The position numbers and the translations under genes are program-made. A stretch of 64,000 nt of DNA. Source: Parvibaculaceae bacterium (GTDB lineage: Bacteria > Pseudomonadota > Alphaproteobacteria > JAPOUT01). Where the stretch lies: contig OY734805.1 in assembly GCA_963457525.1 (NCBI GenBank), positions 2,330,900 to 2,394,899 of the forward strand, written 5' to 3'. The notes beneath the pieces are model-generated. The model ran no database searches. It saw nothing but the letters and a program-made list of their open reading frames with translations, and was not told the DNA's origin. The first letter of the stretch is position 1. Each line of letters starts with the position of its first letter. Shown one piece after another: positions 48,690 through 58,780 of the stretch.

Positions 48690-49439
48690 ATGGAACCCAA
48701 CCCCTTCAGATCCAACCTCCACACAAGCACCCTTTCCGCGCAGGACATAGACCAAGGGTTGCGGAACTACATGCTCGGCGTCTACAACAACATGGCGCTC
48801 GGCGTGGCTCTGACGGCCATCGCATCCTGGCTCGTCTTCAACCTGAGTTTCACCACCAGCGAAGGGCAAACCGCCTTCACCGGCATCGGACAGATGCTGT
48901 TTCTGTCCCCGATGCACTGGGTGTTGATGCTCTCGCCGCTGGCGATGGTTCTGGTTCTTTCGTTTGGAATCAACCGTCTCGCCCCGGGCACGGCGCGCCT
49001 GCTCTTCTTTGTCTATGCCGCCATGATGGGCGTATCGATTGCAACCATCTTTGCATTGTATAGCTTCCAATCTATCGCCAGGGTGTTCTTCATCACCGCG
49101 GCCGCATTTGGCGGATTGAGCCTCTACGGATACACGACCAAGCGGAACCTCTCCGCGTTCGGCTCGTTCCTGATTATGGGGCTTATCGGAGTCCTTATCG
49201 CCATGGTCGTGAACTGGTTCCTGCAAAGTTCCGCGCTGCAGTTCGTCATCTCGGTATGCGGCGTTCTCGTCTTTGCCGGCCTCACCGCCTACGACACGCA
49301 GAAGATCAAGGAGATGTATCTCGCCGACGACCATCCGGATGTTGCCGGACGGAAATCGGTCATGGGAGCCCTCGCGCTTTACCTCGACTTTATCAACCTG
49401 TTCCTGCTTCTGCTGCACCTCTTCGGAAGGCGCGAGTAG
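48690..49439 (+). CDS. Bax inhibitor-1/YccA family membrane protein
   Basis: YMLGVYNNMALGVALTAIASW...7-TM protein with a charged C-terminus, typical of the BI-1/YccA family. Confidence 0.85.
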   Translation: MEPNPFRSNLHTSTLSAQDIDQGLRNYMLGVYNNMALGVALTAIASWLVFNLSFTTSEGQTAFTGIGQMLFLSPMHWVLMLSPLAMVLVLSFGINRLAPGTARLLFFVYAAMMGVSIATIFALYSFQSIARVFFITAAAFGGLSLYGYTTKRNLSAFGSFLIMGLIGVLIAMVVNWFLQSSALQFVISVCGVLVFAGLTAYDTQKIKEMYLADDHPDVAGRKSVMGALALYLDFINLFLLLLHLFGRRE

Positions 49440-49447
49440 AAAATTCG

Positions 49448-49822
49448 CTAACTGTGCCGCGAGGAGTTTCGCTCCACGCGTTGCTCAAGGAACGTAAGCA
49501 GCAGCCGCAGGGAAGAGCTTCGACGCAACATTCGGCCGCCTGCATCATAGACGGCATAGGCGCCTAGTCGTTGCGCTTGTTTGGGAAACTTCTCTATCTG
49601 GTAAACAGGCCGCTCTTGCGAGCGGCGAAACACCGAAAACATGGCCGTGTCCTTCAGATGGTCGAGTGCGTAGTCGCGCCACTCCCCGGCTTTTACCATT
49701 CGCCCGTATAGATACAACAGTGCATCGAGTTCAACACGCTCGAAGGTGACGCGGGGGTGTTTCTGTTCGCGCCGGACATGTCGTGCATGTTTGGCATCGT
49801 GAAGTGACTCTATCCTCGACAT
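49448..49822 (-). CDS. DUF2794-like alphaproteobacterial conserved hypothetical protein
   Basis: VTFERVELDALLYLYGRMVKAGEWRDYALDH resembles the DUF2794 core as I recall it. Not verified. Confidence 0.55.
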   Translation of the reverse strand: MSRIESLHDAKHARHVRREQKHPRVTFERVELDALLYLYGRMVKAGEWRDYALDHLKDTAMFSVFRRSQERPVYQIEKFPKQAQRLGAYAVYDAGGRMLRRSSSLRLLLTFLEQRVERNSSRHS

Positions 49823-49880
49823 GGGTGACTAGTGTATATCCTTGTTCGGTTCACTGGCAACAAAACAATGAGACAAATCA

Positions 49881-50096
49881 ATGCCCCCTCCCCTAAAATC
49901 CCGTCGCGCGGCAAAGGCTGCAAAAGACTCTGAAACCATTGACCCGGAGCGCGCCCTTTGGGACAAAGAATATCGAGGCGACCTGAAAGAATCCCTTCGA
50001 CGCGGGGACGCCCTCAACATGGACAAGCCAAAACCGTCAAAACAACCGTCCGCCGGCAAGCTGGGCAACCGCCGCGCCAAAAGCCCTAAACATTAA
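49881..50096 (+). CDS. Hypothetical small basic protein (71 aa)
   Basis: ORF only. Lys/Arg-rich, with no recognised domain. Confidence 0.3.
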   Translation: MPPPLKSRRAAKAAKDSETIDPERALWDKEYRGDLKESLRRGDALNMDKPKPSKQPSAGKLGNRRAKSPKH

Positions 50097-51456
50097 GAAG
50101 CAGGTGCTCCCGCTCCCACGCGCTGATTACCTGCTGGTAAGCGTCATGTTCGGCCCGCTTGATCTCCAAATAAATCGAGACGATGTCATTGCCTAGAATC
50201 TCGCGCAACTCTTTGCTCGCCTCGAATTTGCCCAACGCATCCAATAAATGCAGCGGCAGCAATCCTCCCGACTCCTCATACGCATCCCCTTGAACGCTCG
50301 GCTTTGGTTTCAACTTCCCTACCATTCCCAAATAACCGCAGGCCAGCGATGCGGCTATCGCCAGATAGGGATTGGCATCCGCACCCGGAACGCGGTTTTC
50401 CACACGACGCGAGTCCGCCATCGACTCCGGAACGCGCAAACCGACCGTCCGGTTCTCGTGTCCCCAGTGCGTGTTAATCGGTGCCGACGACCATTTCACC
50501 AACCGGCGATAGGAATTTACATTCGGCGCTATCAACGGCATTGCCGCAGGCAGATGCTTCTGCAATCCGGCGATATGTGAAAGAAACAACGCGCTGTCCT
50601 TATTGTCTTTCGCTGCAAACAGATTTCGATTTGTGCGCGTCTGCGTCACGCTTTGATGAATGTGCATTGAGCTTCCCGGCTCGCTCTCATAGGGTTTTGC
50701 CATAAAGGTCGCATAGATGTCATGGCGAATGGCAACCTGCCGAACGCTGCGCTTGAACAAAAACGTCTGGTCGGCAACCTCCAGCGGGTCGCCGTGCTGG
50801 AAGTTGATTTCCATCTGCGCCGCGCCATCCTCGTGAATCAGCGTGTCAATGTCAATGCGCTGAATCTCGCAATAGTCATACAGCATCTCAAACAAGGGAT
50901 CGAACTCGTTCACCGCGTCAATTCCGTAGGGTTGGCGCGCGGTCTCCGGACGTCCGGACGCGCCCGTCGGCGGCTCAAGCGGATAGTCCGGGTCTATGTT
51001 CTTCGCCGCGAGGAAAAACTCCAGCTCCGGCGCGACAATGGGACGCCACCCCTGCTTGCGGTAGAGTTCGATTATGTTTCGCAGCAACTGTCGCGGCGAT
51101 ATCGATACCGGGCGACCGTCCCGATAAAACGCATCGCATATCACCTGTGCCGTCGGCTCGACATACCAGGGAACCAGGCGCATCGAAGAAATATCCGGCC
51201 GCAAAATTACATCCGGCTCAACCTCGTCCAGCACGCAACTTTCCACGAGACCCCCTGCCACCGTTTGGCCGAACACGCTTTCCGGCAAGCGCAGCGTGTC
51301 TTCCTGAAAACTCTGCAAAAACTTGTCCGTCGGCAAAATCTTGCCGCGGGCGATGCCGGACATGTCGCAGACGATGCATTCGACCTCGGAGATTTTGTTC
51401 GCACGAAGCCAGCCGCGCAAGGACTTCGCACTTGAGGGCGGGGGCACCGGGGTCAT
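50086..51456 (-). CDS. Glutamine synthetase family protein (type III / gamma-glutamylpolyamine synthetase PuuA-like)
   Basis: GS catalytic-domain motifs (KPYESEPGSSMHIHQS). 456-aa size. Confidence 0.8.
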   Translation of the reverse strand: MTPVPPPSSAKSLRGWLRANKISEVECIVCDMSGIARGKILPTDKFLQSFQEDTLRLPESVFGQTVAGGLVESCVLDEVEPDVILRPDISSMRLVPWYVEPTAQVICDAFYRDGRPVSISPRQLLRNIIELYRKQGWRPIVAPELEFFLAAKNIDPDYPLEPPTGASGRPETARQPYGIDAVNEFDPLFEMLYDYCEIQRIDIDTLIHEDGAAQMEINFQHGDPLEVADQTFLFKRSVRQVAIRHDIYATFMAKPYESEPGSSMHIHQSVTQTRTNRNLFAAKDNKDSALFLSHIAGLQKHLPAAMPLIAPNVNSYRRLVKWSSAPINTHWGHENRTVGLRVPESMADSRRVENRVPGADANPYLAIAASLACGYLGMVGKLKPKPSVQGDAYEESGGLLPLHLLDALGKFEASKELREILGNDIVSIYLEIKRAEHDAYQQVISAWEREHLLLNV

Positions 51457-52268
51457 ACTGTCTCTCCCGTTGGCGGCATTTTCGCTTCGGCGGCATCACG
51501 AACCGCATCGCCAAACGCGCCATACAAACGCATTGAGGCCGAATTCTCCCAACAACGCCATTCCGGATGCCACTGAACTCCAAGAGCGAAAGCGGGAGCA
51601 TCGGCGATATGAAGCGCCTCAATCGTCCCGTCCTCCGCCAACGCTTCAACACGCATGTTCGAAGCGGGCTTGTCCACTCCCTGGCTGTGAAGGGAGTTAA
51701 CCATAATGCGCCCTTCCTGCGCCTCTTCCTTCAACAAGGATGCAAGAAAACCTCCCTCTTTCAAGGTCACTTCATGGGCGGGACCGTATTGAACCTCCTG
51801 GGAATCCTGTTTGCCGGCACGGTGGTCAAAGCGGTCGGGATAGCCATCCGGCGCGGAAGACTCGTGGAGATGTTGATGCAGCGTGCCGCCGAAGGCAACA
51901 TTGAACTCTTGAAAGCCGCGACAGACGCAAAACAAGGGCATCCCCTTCTCGACGCAGGCGCGTATCAACGGAAGCGTGCAGGAGTCGCGGGCCTCGTCCA
52001 GCAAGACACTCTCGCGGGGAGCGTCACCCCCGTAGTGGTCCGGATGAACGTTCGTATGGGATCCGGTCAGGAAGATTCCATCACAAAGGGAAAACACCAT
52101 ATCGGGGTTAAAATGCTTTTCGCCAACCGGCAATAACACGGGAAAGACTTCGGCGCACCTCGACAGGGCGGTAATATACTTCACACCGACCATTTGATAG
52201 GACAAGCGGTTGATCTCCTTTACATCACAAGGAATTCCGACAATCGGAAAATGCATATTCGCGCCCAT
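51453..52268 (-). CDS. Gamma-glutamyl-gamma-aminobutyrate hydrolase family protein (class-I glutamine amidotransferase-like, PuuD/peptidase C26)
   Basis: LFCVCRGFQEFNVAFGGTLHQHL catalytic Cys motif and C-terminal HPE. True start is probably MHFPIVGIP (52256). Confidence 0.8.
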   Translation of the reverse strand: MGANMHFPIVGIPCDVKEINRLSYQMVGVKYITALSRCAEVFPVLLPVGEKHFNPDMVFSLCDGIFLTGSHTNVHPDHYGGDAPRESVLLDEARDSCTLPLIRACVEKGMPLFCVCRGFQEFNVAFGGTLHQHLHESSAPDGYPDRFDHRAGKQDSQEVQYGPAHEVTLKEGGFLASLLKEEAQEGRIMVNSLHSQGVDKPASNMRVEALAEDGTIEALHIADAPAFALGVQWHPEWRCWENSASMRLYGAFGDAVRDAAEAKMPPTGETV

Positions 52269-52288
52269 AACGCGCCACCAAGGAAAAA

Positions 52289-53236
52289 CTAATAACCGGC
52301 TTCAACGAGGGCGGCCTCAAGCTCGGGAACCGCCTCAAACAAATCCGCAACCAATCCGTAATCCGACACCTGGAATATCGGCGCCTCCTCATCTTTATTG
52401 ATCGCGACGATCACTTTCGACTCCTTCATCCCGGCAAGATGCTGAATCGCTCCGCTGATGCCAATCGCAACGTATAAATCCGGCGCAACGACCTTTCCGG
52501 TCTGTCCGACCTGGTAATCATTGGGAACAAAACCCGCATCCACCGCCGCACGGGACGCTCCGACCGCCGCGCCCAGCTTGTCGGCGAGTTTTTCCAGCAT
52601 GCCGAAATTTTCCGACGATCCCATGCCGCGTCCGCCCGAAATCACTATCTTCGCCGAAGTCAGCTCCGGACGTTCGGACTGGGTCAGATTCTCGCTCTCG
52701 TAGCGCGACAACTTCGGGTCCGCCGCGCTTGAAACCGCCTCAATGGCGCCGCTTCCGCCGCCCTCGCGCGCGGGAAACGCCGTTGCGCGCACGGTCAGCA
52801 CCAGTTTCGAATCGCCCGACTCAACGACCTCAATCGCATTGCCCGCATATATCGGTCGCTCAAACACGTTCTTCTCCACCACGGCGGTTATCTCCGAGAT
52901 CATCGCAACATCCAGGCGGGCGGCGATCCGGGGCATGTAGTTCTTGCCGTCGGTCGTTGCCGCCGAAACTATCGCGTCATATTCCGATGCCAACGACAAG
53001 ACCAGTTCGCACATCGGCTCGCCCAGACGCTTTGAATACAGCGCATCATCGGCAACGCGGACCTTTCCGACGCCGTCCAGGGCGGCGGCGGCCTTCGCAA
53101 CCGCATCGCAATTTTCGCCGGCAACAAGTATATCGACCTTGCCCCCGCCTTCCATGGCGCACGCCGCGCTCAGGCATTTCGCGCTCACCTCGTTTAGTGA
53201 CTCATTGTCATGCTCGGCTATCAGTAAAGTCGCCAT
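52289..53236 (-). CDS. etfA: Electron transfer flavoprotein subunit alpha
   Basis: [15 protein letters not shown]...and C-terminal FAD-binding region [21 protein letters not shown]. Confidence 0.9.
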   Translation of the reverse strand: MATLLIAEHDNESLNEVSAKCLSAACAMEGGGKVDILVAGENCDAVAKAAAALDGVGKVRVADDALYSKRLGEPMCELVLSLASEYDAIVSAATTDGKNYMPRIAARLDVAMISEITAVVEKNVFERPIYAGNAIEVVESGDSKLVLTVRATAFPAREGGGSGAIEAVSSAADPKLSRYESENLTQSERPELTSAKIVISGGRGMGSSENFGMLEKLADKLGAAVGASRAAVDAGFVPNDYQVGQTGKVVAPDLYVAIGISGAIQHLAGMKESKVIVAINKDEEAPIFQVSDYGLVADLFEAVPELEAALVEAGY

Positions 53237-53985
53237 CAGATCACCTTCGCTTCATTCTTTAATTTATCAACCAATTCCGCCGCGCTTGAGACCAATATGC
53301 CCGCTTGCCTCGGCGGAGGCTCGCGAACCTCGCGCACTTTGAGCCGCGGAGCAACATCGACGCCCAAATCCGCCGGAGTCTTTTCCTCGACCGGCTTTTT
53401 CTTTGCTTTCATGATGTTCGGCAAAGACGCATAACGCGGCTGGTTCAAACGCAGATCCGTCGTAATGATCGAAGGAAGCGTCAGAAACAAAGTCTGCAAA
53501 CCGCCGTCAATCTCGCGAGTCAATCGCAAGCCGCCGTCGGCAAATTCCAGTTTCGATGCAAACGTTCCCTGCGACCATCCGAGCAGCGCCGCAAGCATCT
53601 GCCCCGTCTGCGAGCAATCATCGTCAATCGCCTGCTTGCCCAGTATGACCAGGCCCGGCTGTTCCGCCTCGACGACTTTCTGCAATAATTTCGCAACCGC
53701 CAGCGGCTCGAGCGTGCCTTCGGCCTGTATTAAAATCCCCCTGTCCGCCCCCATCGCCAGCGCCGCGCGAACCGTCTCGCGGCAAGATTCCTCTCCTATC
53801 GAAACCGCAACAACTTCCTCCGCCGTTCCGGCCTCGCGCAAACGCAACGCCTCCTCGACCGCAATCTCGTCGAAGGGGTTCATCGACATCTTAACATTCG
53901 CCGTTTCAACGCCGCTGCCATCCGCGCGAACGCGTATCTTTACGTTGTAGTCAATAACCCGCTTGACCGGCACAAGAATTTTCAT
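53236..53985 (-). CDS. etfB: Electron transfer flavoprotein subunit beta
   Basis: [19 protein letters not shown]...[15 protein letters not shown]. Confidence 0.9.
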   Translation of the reverse strand: MKILVPVKRVIDYNVKIRVRADGSGVETANVKMSMNPFDEIAVEEALRLREAGTAEEVVAVSIGEESCRETVRAALAMGADRGILIQAEGTLEPLAVAKLLQKVVEAEQPGLVILGKQAIDDDCSQTGQMLAALLGWSQGTFASKLEFADGGLRLTREIDGGLQTLFLTLPSIITTDLRLNQPRYASLPNIMKAKKKPVEEKTPADLGVDVAPRLKVREVREPPPRQAGILVSSAAELVDKLKNEAKVI

Positions 53986-54055
53986 AAAACACCACTCACC
54001 GTGAATTAGCCCCCCTTCAAACCAGTTCGCACATTAGGGCTCGTCCCGACAATTG

Positions 54056-55258
54056 TCAAGAGGGTTTCTCAAATTTCGTCAGCTGGGCGGCCTCGCTCGA
54101 ATCCGCGCTCACAGCCATCGGGCAGACAGGCCCGGCGAGCACATCAACATCGTAAAGCTCGGCTATCTGTCCGTCTATCCGAAGCCAGTCCACGCAAGCG
54201 CGCGTCGACAAGTCAATAATCTGAACGCCGCACCAGGGCTCCGAATCCGCCTCTTTCAAACGGTCGTCCAGCGCCAAGCCTTCAAAGCGTTGGTAACGCG
54301 GCTTCGATAATCCCACAAACGCATAACCGTTCCGGAACGCCAGTCCGCGGACAAATCCCGGACAAAACACGAAACTCTCAAACTCCCCCTTGCGCTTGCC
54401 GTCCAAATGCACAAAACCCAAATCCCCCGTACCCGAATTCAATATCCACAAGCGCCCTTCATACAATCTCGGTGAATGCGGCATCGACAATCCGTCGCAA
54501 ATAACCTCGCCGCTCTTGACATCCAGCACCGCACCGCCATCCACGCGGCGGTCCCGCCAGCCGTCAATCGTGTTCGAGCGCGACACCACTGTCACATAAC
54601 GGGCTTCCCCGTTTTCCATCGCCAAGCCGTTAAGGTGGCAGCGATCTTCATCTATCCAGTCGGTAACGAACGAGGGCTTCCAAACCGGCTCAAAACTTTC
54701 GCGCTCCGACACGCGTGCGAGACAATTGTATCGCGTGTTCACAAACAAAGGCGAACCATCCGACTCAATCCCGATGTCGTGCGCGTCCAAACGTCCCGTC
54801 AGATACACCCGTCTCGGGACATAACATGCATCGAACGCCTTGTTCGCGAACTCGTTCTTGTTCAAAACATTCACAAAGCGGGAAATCTGGTAATCGCCCG
54901 CGACCATGAAACCGCCGATGTTCTCATCGGGACAAATGCCCATCGGCTTGGGCACGCGCGTATGGTGGATGCTGATACCTCCCTCCGGACGCCTGCCAAT
55001 CAGGTAAAGCAATCCGGATTGGTAGGAAGTGAAAATGACCGAAGCGCCCAACTGCTCCAAGCGGTTTCGCAGCCCCCCGGAAACCGAATAGTTGACCTGC
55101 AGCTGCTTTTCCTGCGATTGCTCTCCGGCCTTGGCTTCGCCTTCCTGTTCCTGCGCCTTGCCGTCCCCCTCCTGCGCAGGCGCGTCCTGCACGGGCGCAT
55201 CAGGCGCATCCTGCGCGGGGGCGTCCGCGCCGTCCCGTTTTTGCTCGTCTTCGCTCAT
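54056..55258 (-). CDS. TIGR03032-like conserved hypothetical protein with an acidic Ala/Pro/Gln-rich N-terminal low-complexity extension
   Basis: The core (DRCHLNGLAM...RYVT...GWRDRRVDGGAVLDVKSGEVICDGLSMPHSPRLYEGRLWILNSGTGDLG) matches my recollection of the TIGR03032 family. The N-terminal 60 aa are DAPAQDAPDAPVQDAPAQEGDGKAQEQEGEAKAGEQ. Confidence 0.65.
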   Translation of the reverse strand: MSEDEQKRDGADAPAQDAPDAPVQDAPAQEGDGKAQEQEGEAKAGEQSQEKQLQVNYSVSGGLRNRLEQLGASVIFTSYQSGLLYLIGRRPEGGISIHHTRVPKPMGICPDENIGGFMVAGDYQISRFVNVLNKNEFANKAFDACYVPRRVYLTGRLDAHDIGIESDGSPLFVNTRYNCLARVSERESFEPVWKPSFVTDWIDEDRCHLNGLAMENGEARYVTVVSRSNTIDGWRDRRVDGGAVLDVKSGEVICDGLSMPHSPRLYEGRLWILNSGTGDLGFVHLDGKRKGEFESFVFCPGFVRGLAFRNGYAFVGLSKPRYQRFEGLALDDRLKEADSEPWCGVQIIDLSTRACVDWLRIDGQIAELYDVDVLAGPVCPMAVSADSSEAAQLTKFEKPS

Positions 55259-55418
55259 AGTGCGCTATTACAAAAGACGGAAGCCAATCTGTCAAGCAAA
55301 AATCCCCCCATGCGCGCAAACCCTGCGCGGAAAATCAATGCGCCCGCCCGGATTTGCCCGACCTCCCCGCGACCCCAATTGCGCAATTCCATAAAAGGGC
55401 AAAACAATCTATGATAGA

Positions 55419-55802
55419 GTGCAAGGCAGACAAAAACACAAGCACGGCGACGACAACAAGTACAGAGCAGGAGTTGCAAGGACGATGATGTACGGAGACA
55501 ACAATACCGGCAAAAAGAGCTGGGGGTGCTTTACGGTCTATATCATGGCTTATACGGCATTCAGCACGCTCTTCGGGATAATTCAAATATTACTTTTATC
55601 CGCAATCGCTTACGGGATCTGGTCGGGTTCGGACGAATTGCGCTACATCAACCTGGATGATTGGTGGTTTTGGCTGATAATCCTTTTTTCGTTTTTTATT
55701 CCATGGCTGGTGATGTCCATAATTGCGATCCCCATAGCGATAATCGTGCTTTTGATAACAAACGCGGCAGAAAGCATTAAAAAACTTTTCAGGAAAGAAT
55801 AA
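55419..55802 (+). CDS. Hypothetical small integral membrane protein (three hydrophobic helices), AT-rich. True start is probably MMYGDNN (about 55485).
   Basis: ORF with three hydrophobic stretches. Local GC is clearly below the backbone. Confidence 0.45.
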   Translation: MQGRQKHKHGDDNKYRAGVARTMMYGDNNTGKKSWGCFTVYIMAYTAFSTLFGIIQILLLSAIAYGIWSGSDELRYINLDDWWFWLIILFSFFIPWLVMSIIAIPIAIIVLLITNAAESIKKLFRKE

Positions 55803-55849
55803 CAACAAGCGAGGCCGCTCCGTCTCGCTAAAGTTTTAGAGGCGGCTTC

Positions 55850-56437
55850 TCAACGATTCTCGCCCGGCTGCCACAGCACATCCCCCTCGGCGCAAGCACC
55901 ATTGGCAAAGCGCGCGGCGACAAACAGAAAGTCCGAAAGGCGATTGATGTAATGCAACGCAGGCGCACCGATGTCTTCTTTGTGCGAGAGGGCGACCATT
56001 TCGCGCTCGGCGCGGCGCGAGACCGTGCGGGCAACATGCAAATGCGTGCCCGCCGCCGACCCTCCCGGCAATACAAAGGAACGCAACGGTTCCAATCCTT
56101 CATTCAACGCGTCTATCTCCCGCTCCAAACGCTCAACCTGCGCAACGGTTATTCGCAAAGGCGCGTTTTTAGCGCTCTCTTCCTTCGACGGGGGACGGCA
56201 CAAATCCGCGCCCAAATCGAACAGGTCGTTTTGAATGCGCCCCAGCATTTCATTCAAACCCTTCAATCTCGGCACCTCTCCGACCGAAAGGCGGGCAACG
56301 CCGACAAAAGCGTTTGTTTCATCAACCGAGCCATATGCCGAAACGCGCAAATCATCCTTGCGGCGTCGCGAACCGTCCCCCAATGCCGTTTCACCGCCGT
56401 CGCCGCCGCGCGTGTAAATCTTGTTTAACAGAACCAT
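55850..56437 (-). CDS. ATP:cob(I)alamin adenosyltransferase, PduO type
   Basis: KIYTRGGDGGETALGDGSRRRKDDLRVSAYGSVDETNAFVGVA is the PduO-type N-terminal signature. Confidence 0.85.
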   Translation of the reverse strand: MVLLNKIYTRGGDGGETALGDGSRRRKDDLRVSAYGSVDETNAFVGVARLSVGEVPRLKGLNEMLGRIQNDLFDLGADLCRPPSKEESAKNAPLRITVAQVERLEREIDALNEGLEPLRSFVLPGGSAAGTHLHVARTVSRRAEREMVALSHKEDIGAPALHYINRLSDFLFVAARFANGACAEGDVLWQPGENR

Positions 56438-56451
56438 TCAAACGCTCCCGA

Positions 56452-56631
56452 CTAACCCGCAAACACATAAAAAGAGATCAATAACACGATTACCGCCAAA
56501 AATTGCAGCCCGACACGCCAGCGCATTAATGTCTGCGAGAGCGATGCGGAGCCTCCCCGCATCATGTTCCACAAGCCCAGCAGCAGCGCCAGTGCGACTG
56601 CTCCCAATGATATTAACAGAATAATTTCCAT
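56452..56631 (-). CDS. Small twin-TM-helix protein (59 aa) translationally coupled to uvrB (TAAAATG)
   Basis: MEIILLISLGAVALALLLGLWNMMRGG...LQFLAVIVLLISFYVFAG gives two hydrophobic helices. The ATG lies 1 nt after the uvrB stop. The longer 141-aa ORF is judged shadow sequence. Confidence 0.5.
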   Translation of the reverse strand: MEIILLISLGAVALALLLGLWNMMRGGSASLSQTLMRWRVGLQFLAVIVLLISFYVFAG

Positions 56632-56632
56632 T

Positions 56633-58780
56633 TTAACGACGACGCCTTCTCTTTTGTTTCGTTTTTGTTTTTGGTTTTGATGCACTCGAAGACTCGCGCA
56701 ACAAGGGATCGGCGGAAACCTCCAACTCCAATTGCTGCAACCGGCGCAATTCATCGCGCAAACGGCAAGCTTCTTCGAATTCCAGATTCTCCGCAGCGGC
56801 ATACATTCGCTTCTCCAATTCCGACATTCTCGCCTTCGGGTCAAAATCCAACACGGACTCCGTGCCTGCATCCGCATTCGACATGCCGGACGGCGCCGCC
56901 GAACTTAACGCCCCCAAATCCGCACGCACATGGTCGCGCTCATACACGCTTTCCAAAATATCGCCTATGGACTTGCGAATGCTCTCCGGCGTTATGCCGT
57001 TGGCCGAATTATACAAATTCTGCTTTTCGCGCCTGCGCTTCGTCTCCTCCAGAGCATAACGCATTGAATCCGTCGTCTTGTCGCCATACAACAAAACCTT
57101 TCCATCGATGTTGCGCGCCGCGCGCCCGATCGTTTGCACCAGAGAAGTGGACGAACGCAAGAAACCCTCCTTGTCCGCATCCAAAATTGCAACCAACGCA
57201 CACTCCGGAATGTCGAGTCCTTCGCGCAGCAGGTTGATTCCCACCAGAACATCAAACGCGCCCAAACGCAAGTCCCTGACAATTTCGATGCGCTCGAGCG
57301 TGTCAATGTCCGAATGCATATACCGCACGCGAACCCCCTGCTCGTGCAGATATTCGCTCAACTCCTCCGCCATGCGCTTCGTCAGGGTCGTTACCAGCGC
57401 GCGGTAGCCCCGCGCAGCGACATCCCGCAACTCCCCGAGCAGGTCCTCAACCTGCCGTTCCGCCGGACGAACCTCGCACATGGGGTCTATCAAGCCTGTC
57501 GGGCGAATGACCTGCTCGACAATGACGCCGTCGGTGCGCTCCATTTCCCATGCACCCGGCGTTGCGCTGACATATATTGAAGCCGGGCGCATCTTGTCCC
57601 ATTCCTCGAATTTGAGGGGGCGGTTGTCCACGCACGACGGCAACCGGAAGCCGTACTCCGCCAGCGTGCTTTTGCGGCGGAAGTCTCCGCGATACATCCC
57701 TCCCAATTGCGGAACCGCGACATGACTCTCATCCACGAACAGCAGCGCTTCTTCGGGAAGATATTCAAACAAAGTCGGCGGAGGCTCGCCCGGGGCGCGC
57801 CCGGTCAAATAACGCGAGTAGTTCTCAATCCCCGGACACGAACCCGTCGTCTCCATCATCTCCAAATCCGCTATGGTGCGCTCCTCCAAACGCTGCGCTT
57901 CGAGCAATTTCCCCGCCGCATGCAACTCGTCCAGCCGTTCGCGCAACTCCACCTTTATCCCCTCAATCGCCTGCAACAAGGTCGGCCGGGGCGTCACATA
58001 GTGGGAGTTCGGGAAAATCCGAATCTTATCGAGTGCGCGCGTACGCTCGCCCGTCAGGGGATCAAACTCGCTGATTTCCTCAACTTCGTCCCCGAACAGG
58101 GAAATATGCCACGCCCTGTCCTCATAGTGCGCAGGGAACAACTCAATGACATCCCCGCGAACACGAAACGCGCCGCGCTGGAAGTCCATGTCATTACGCC
58201 GATAGCGCAATTCCACCAAGCCCTCCAGCAAACGCTTGCGATCAAAGTCTTCTCCGGCGGAGACATCCAGCGTCATCGCCGAATAACTCTCCGGCGAGCC
58301 GATGCCGTAGATGCACGAGACCGAAGCGACGATAATCACATCCTTGCGTTCAAGCAACGAGCGCGTCGCCGCGTGGCGCATCCGGTCTATCTGCTCGTTT
58401 ATCGAACTCTCTTTCGCAATATACAAGTCGCGGTTCGGGACATACGCCTCGGGCATGTAATAGTCATAGTAGGAGACGAAATACTCAACGGCGTTGTCGG
58501 GGAAGAAAGTTTTAAATTCGCCGTAGAGTTGCGCGGCCAGAATTTTGTTCGGCGCGAGCACCAGGCTCGGCAGGCCCGTCGCCTCTATCACCTTTGCCAT
58601 CGTGTAAGTTTTGCCCGAACCGGTCACGCCGAGGAGGGTTTGATCGCGCTCGCCCCGGCGCAAACCCTCAACCAGAGCGGCTATCGCTTCGGGCTGGTCG
58701 CCCGCAGGCAGAAAGCCGGAGGCTTCGTGAAACACCGGGGGTATCGTTTTTTCTTTCAAAGCTGCCGCCGAAGCGCTCAA
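56633..58780 (-). CDS. uvrB: Excinuclease ABC subunit B
   Basis: [14 protein letters not shown]...[14 protein letters not shown] Walker A, helicase motifs, and the C-terminal UVR domain ([17 protein letters not shown]). Confidence 0.9.
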   Translation of the reverse strand: MSASAAALKEKTIPPVFHEASGFLPAGDQPEAIAALVEGLRRGERDQTLLGVTGSGKTYTMAKVIEATGLPSLVLAPNKILAAQLYGEFKTFFPDNAVEYFVSYYDYYMPEAYVPNRDLYIAKESSINEQIDRMRHAATRSLLERKDVIIVASVSCIYGIGSPESYSAMTLDVSAGEDFDRKRLLEGLVELRYRRNDMDFQRGAFRVRGDVIELFPAHYEDRAWHISLFGDEVEEISEFDPLTGERTRALDKIRIFPNSHYVTPRPTLLQAIEGIKVELRERLDELHAAGKLLEAQRLEERTIADLEMMETTGSCPGIENYSRYLTGRAPGEPPPTLFEYLPEEALLFVDESHVAVPQLGGMYRGDFRRKSTLAEYGFRLPSCVDNRPLKFEEWDKMRPASIYVSATPGAWEMERTDGVIVEQVIRPTGLIDPMCEVRPAERQVEDLLGELRDVAARGYRALVTTLTKRMAEELSEYLHEQGVRVRYMHSDIDTLERIEIVRDLRLGAFDVLVGINLLREGLDIPECALVAILDADKEGFLRSSTSLVQTIGRAARNIDGKVLLYGDKTTDSMRYALEETKRRREKQNLYNSANGITPESIRKSIGDILESVYERDHVRADLGALSSAAPSGMSNADAGTESVLDFDPKARMSELEKRMYAAAENLEFEEACRLRDELRRLQQLELEVSADPLLRESSSASKPKTKTKQKRRRRR

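Noticed and set aside
56452-56877. 141-aa version of the small ORF downstream of uvrB
   Set aside because: The N-terminal 82 aa lie inside the uvrB coding region in another frame and are Arg/Cys-rich. Only the C-terminal 59 aa (starting at the ATG right after the uvrB stop) look like a real membrane peptide.
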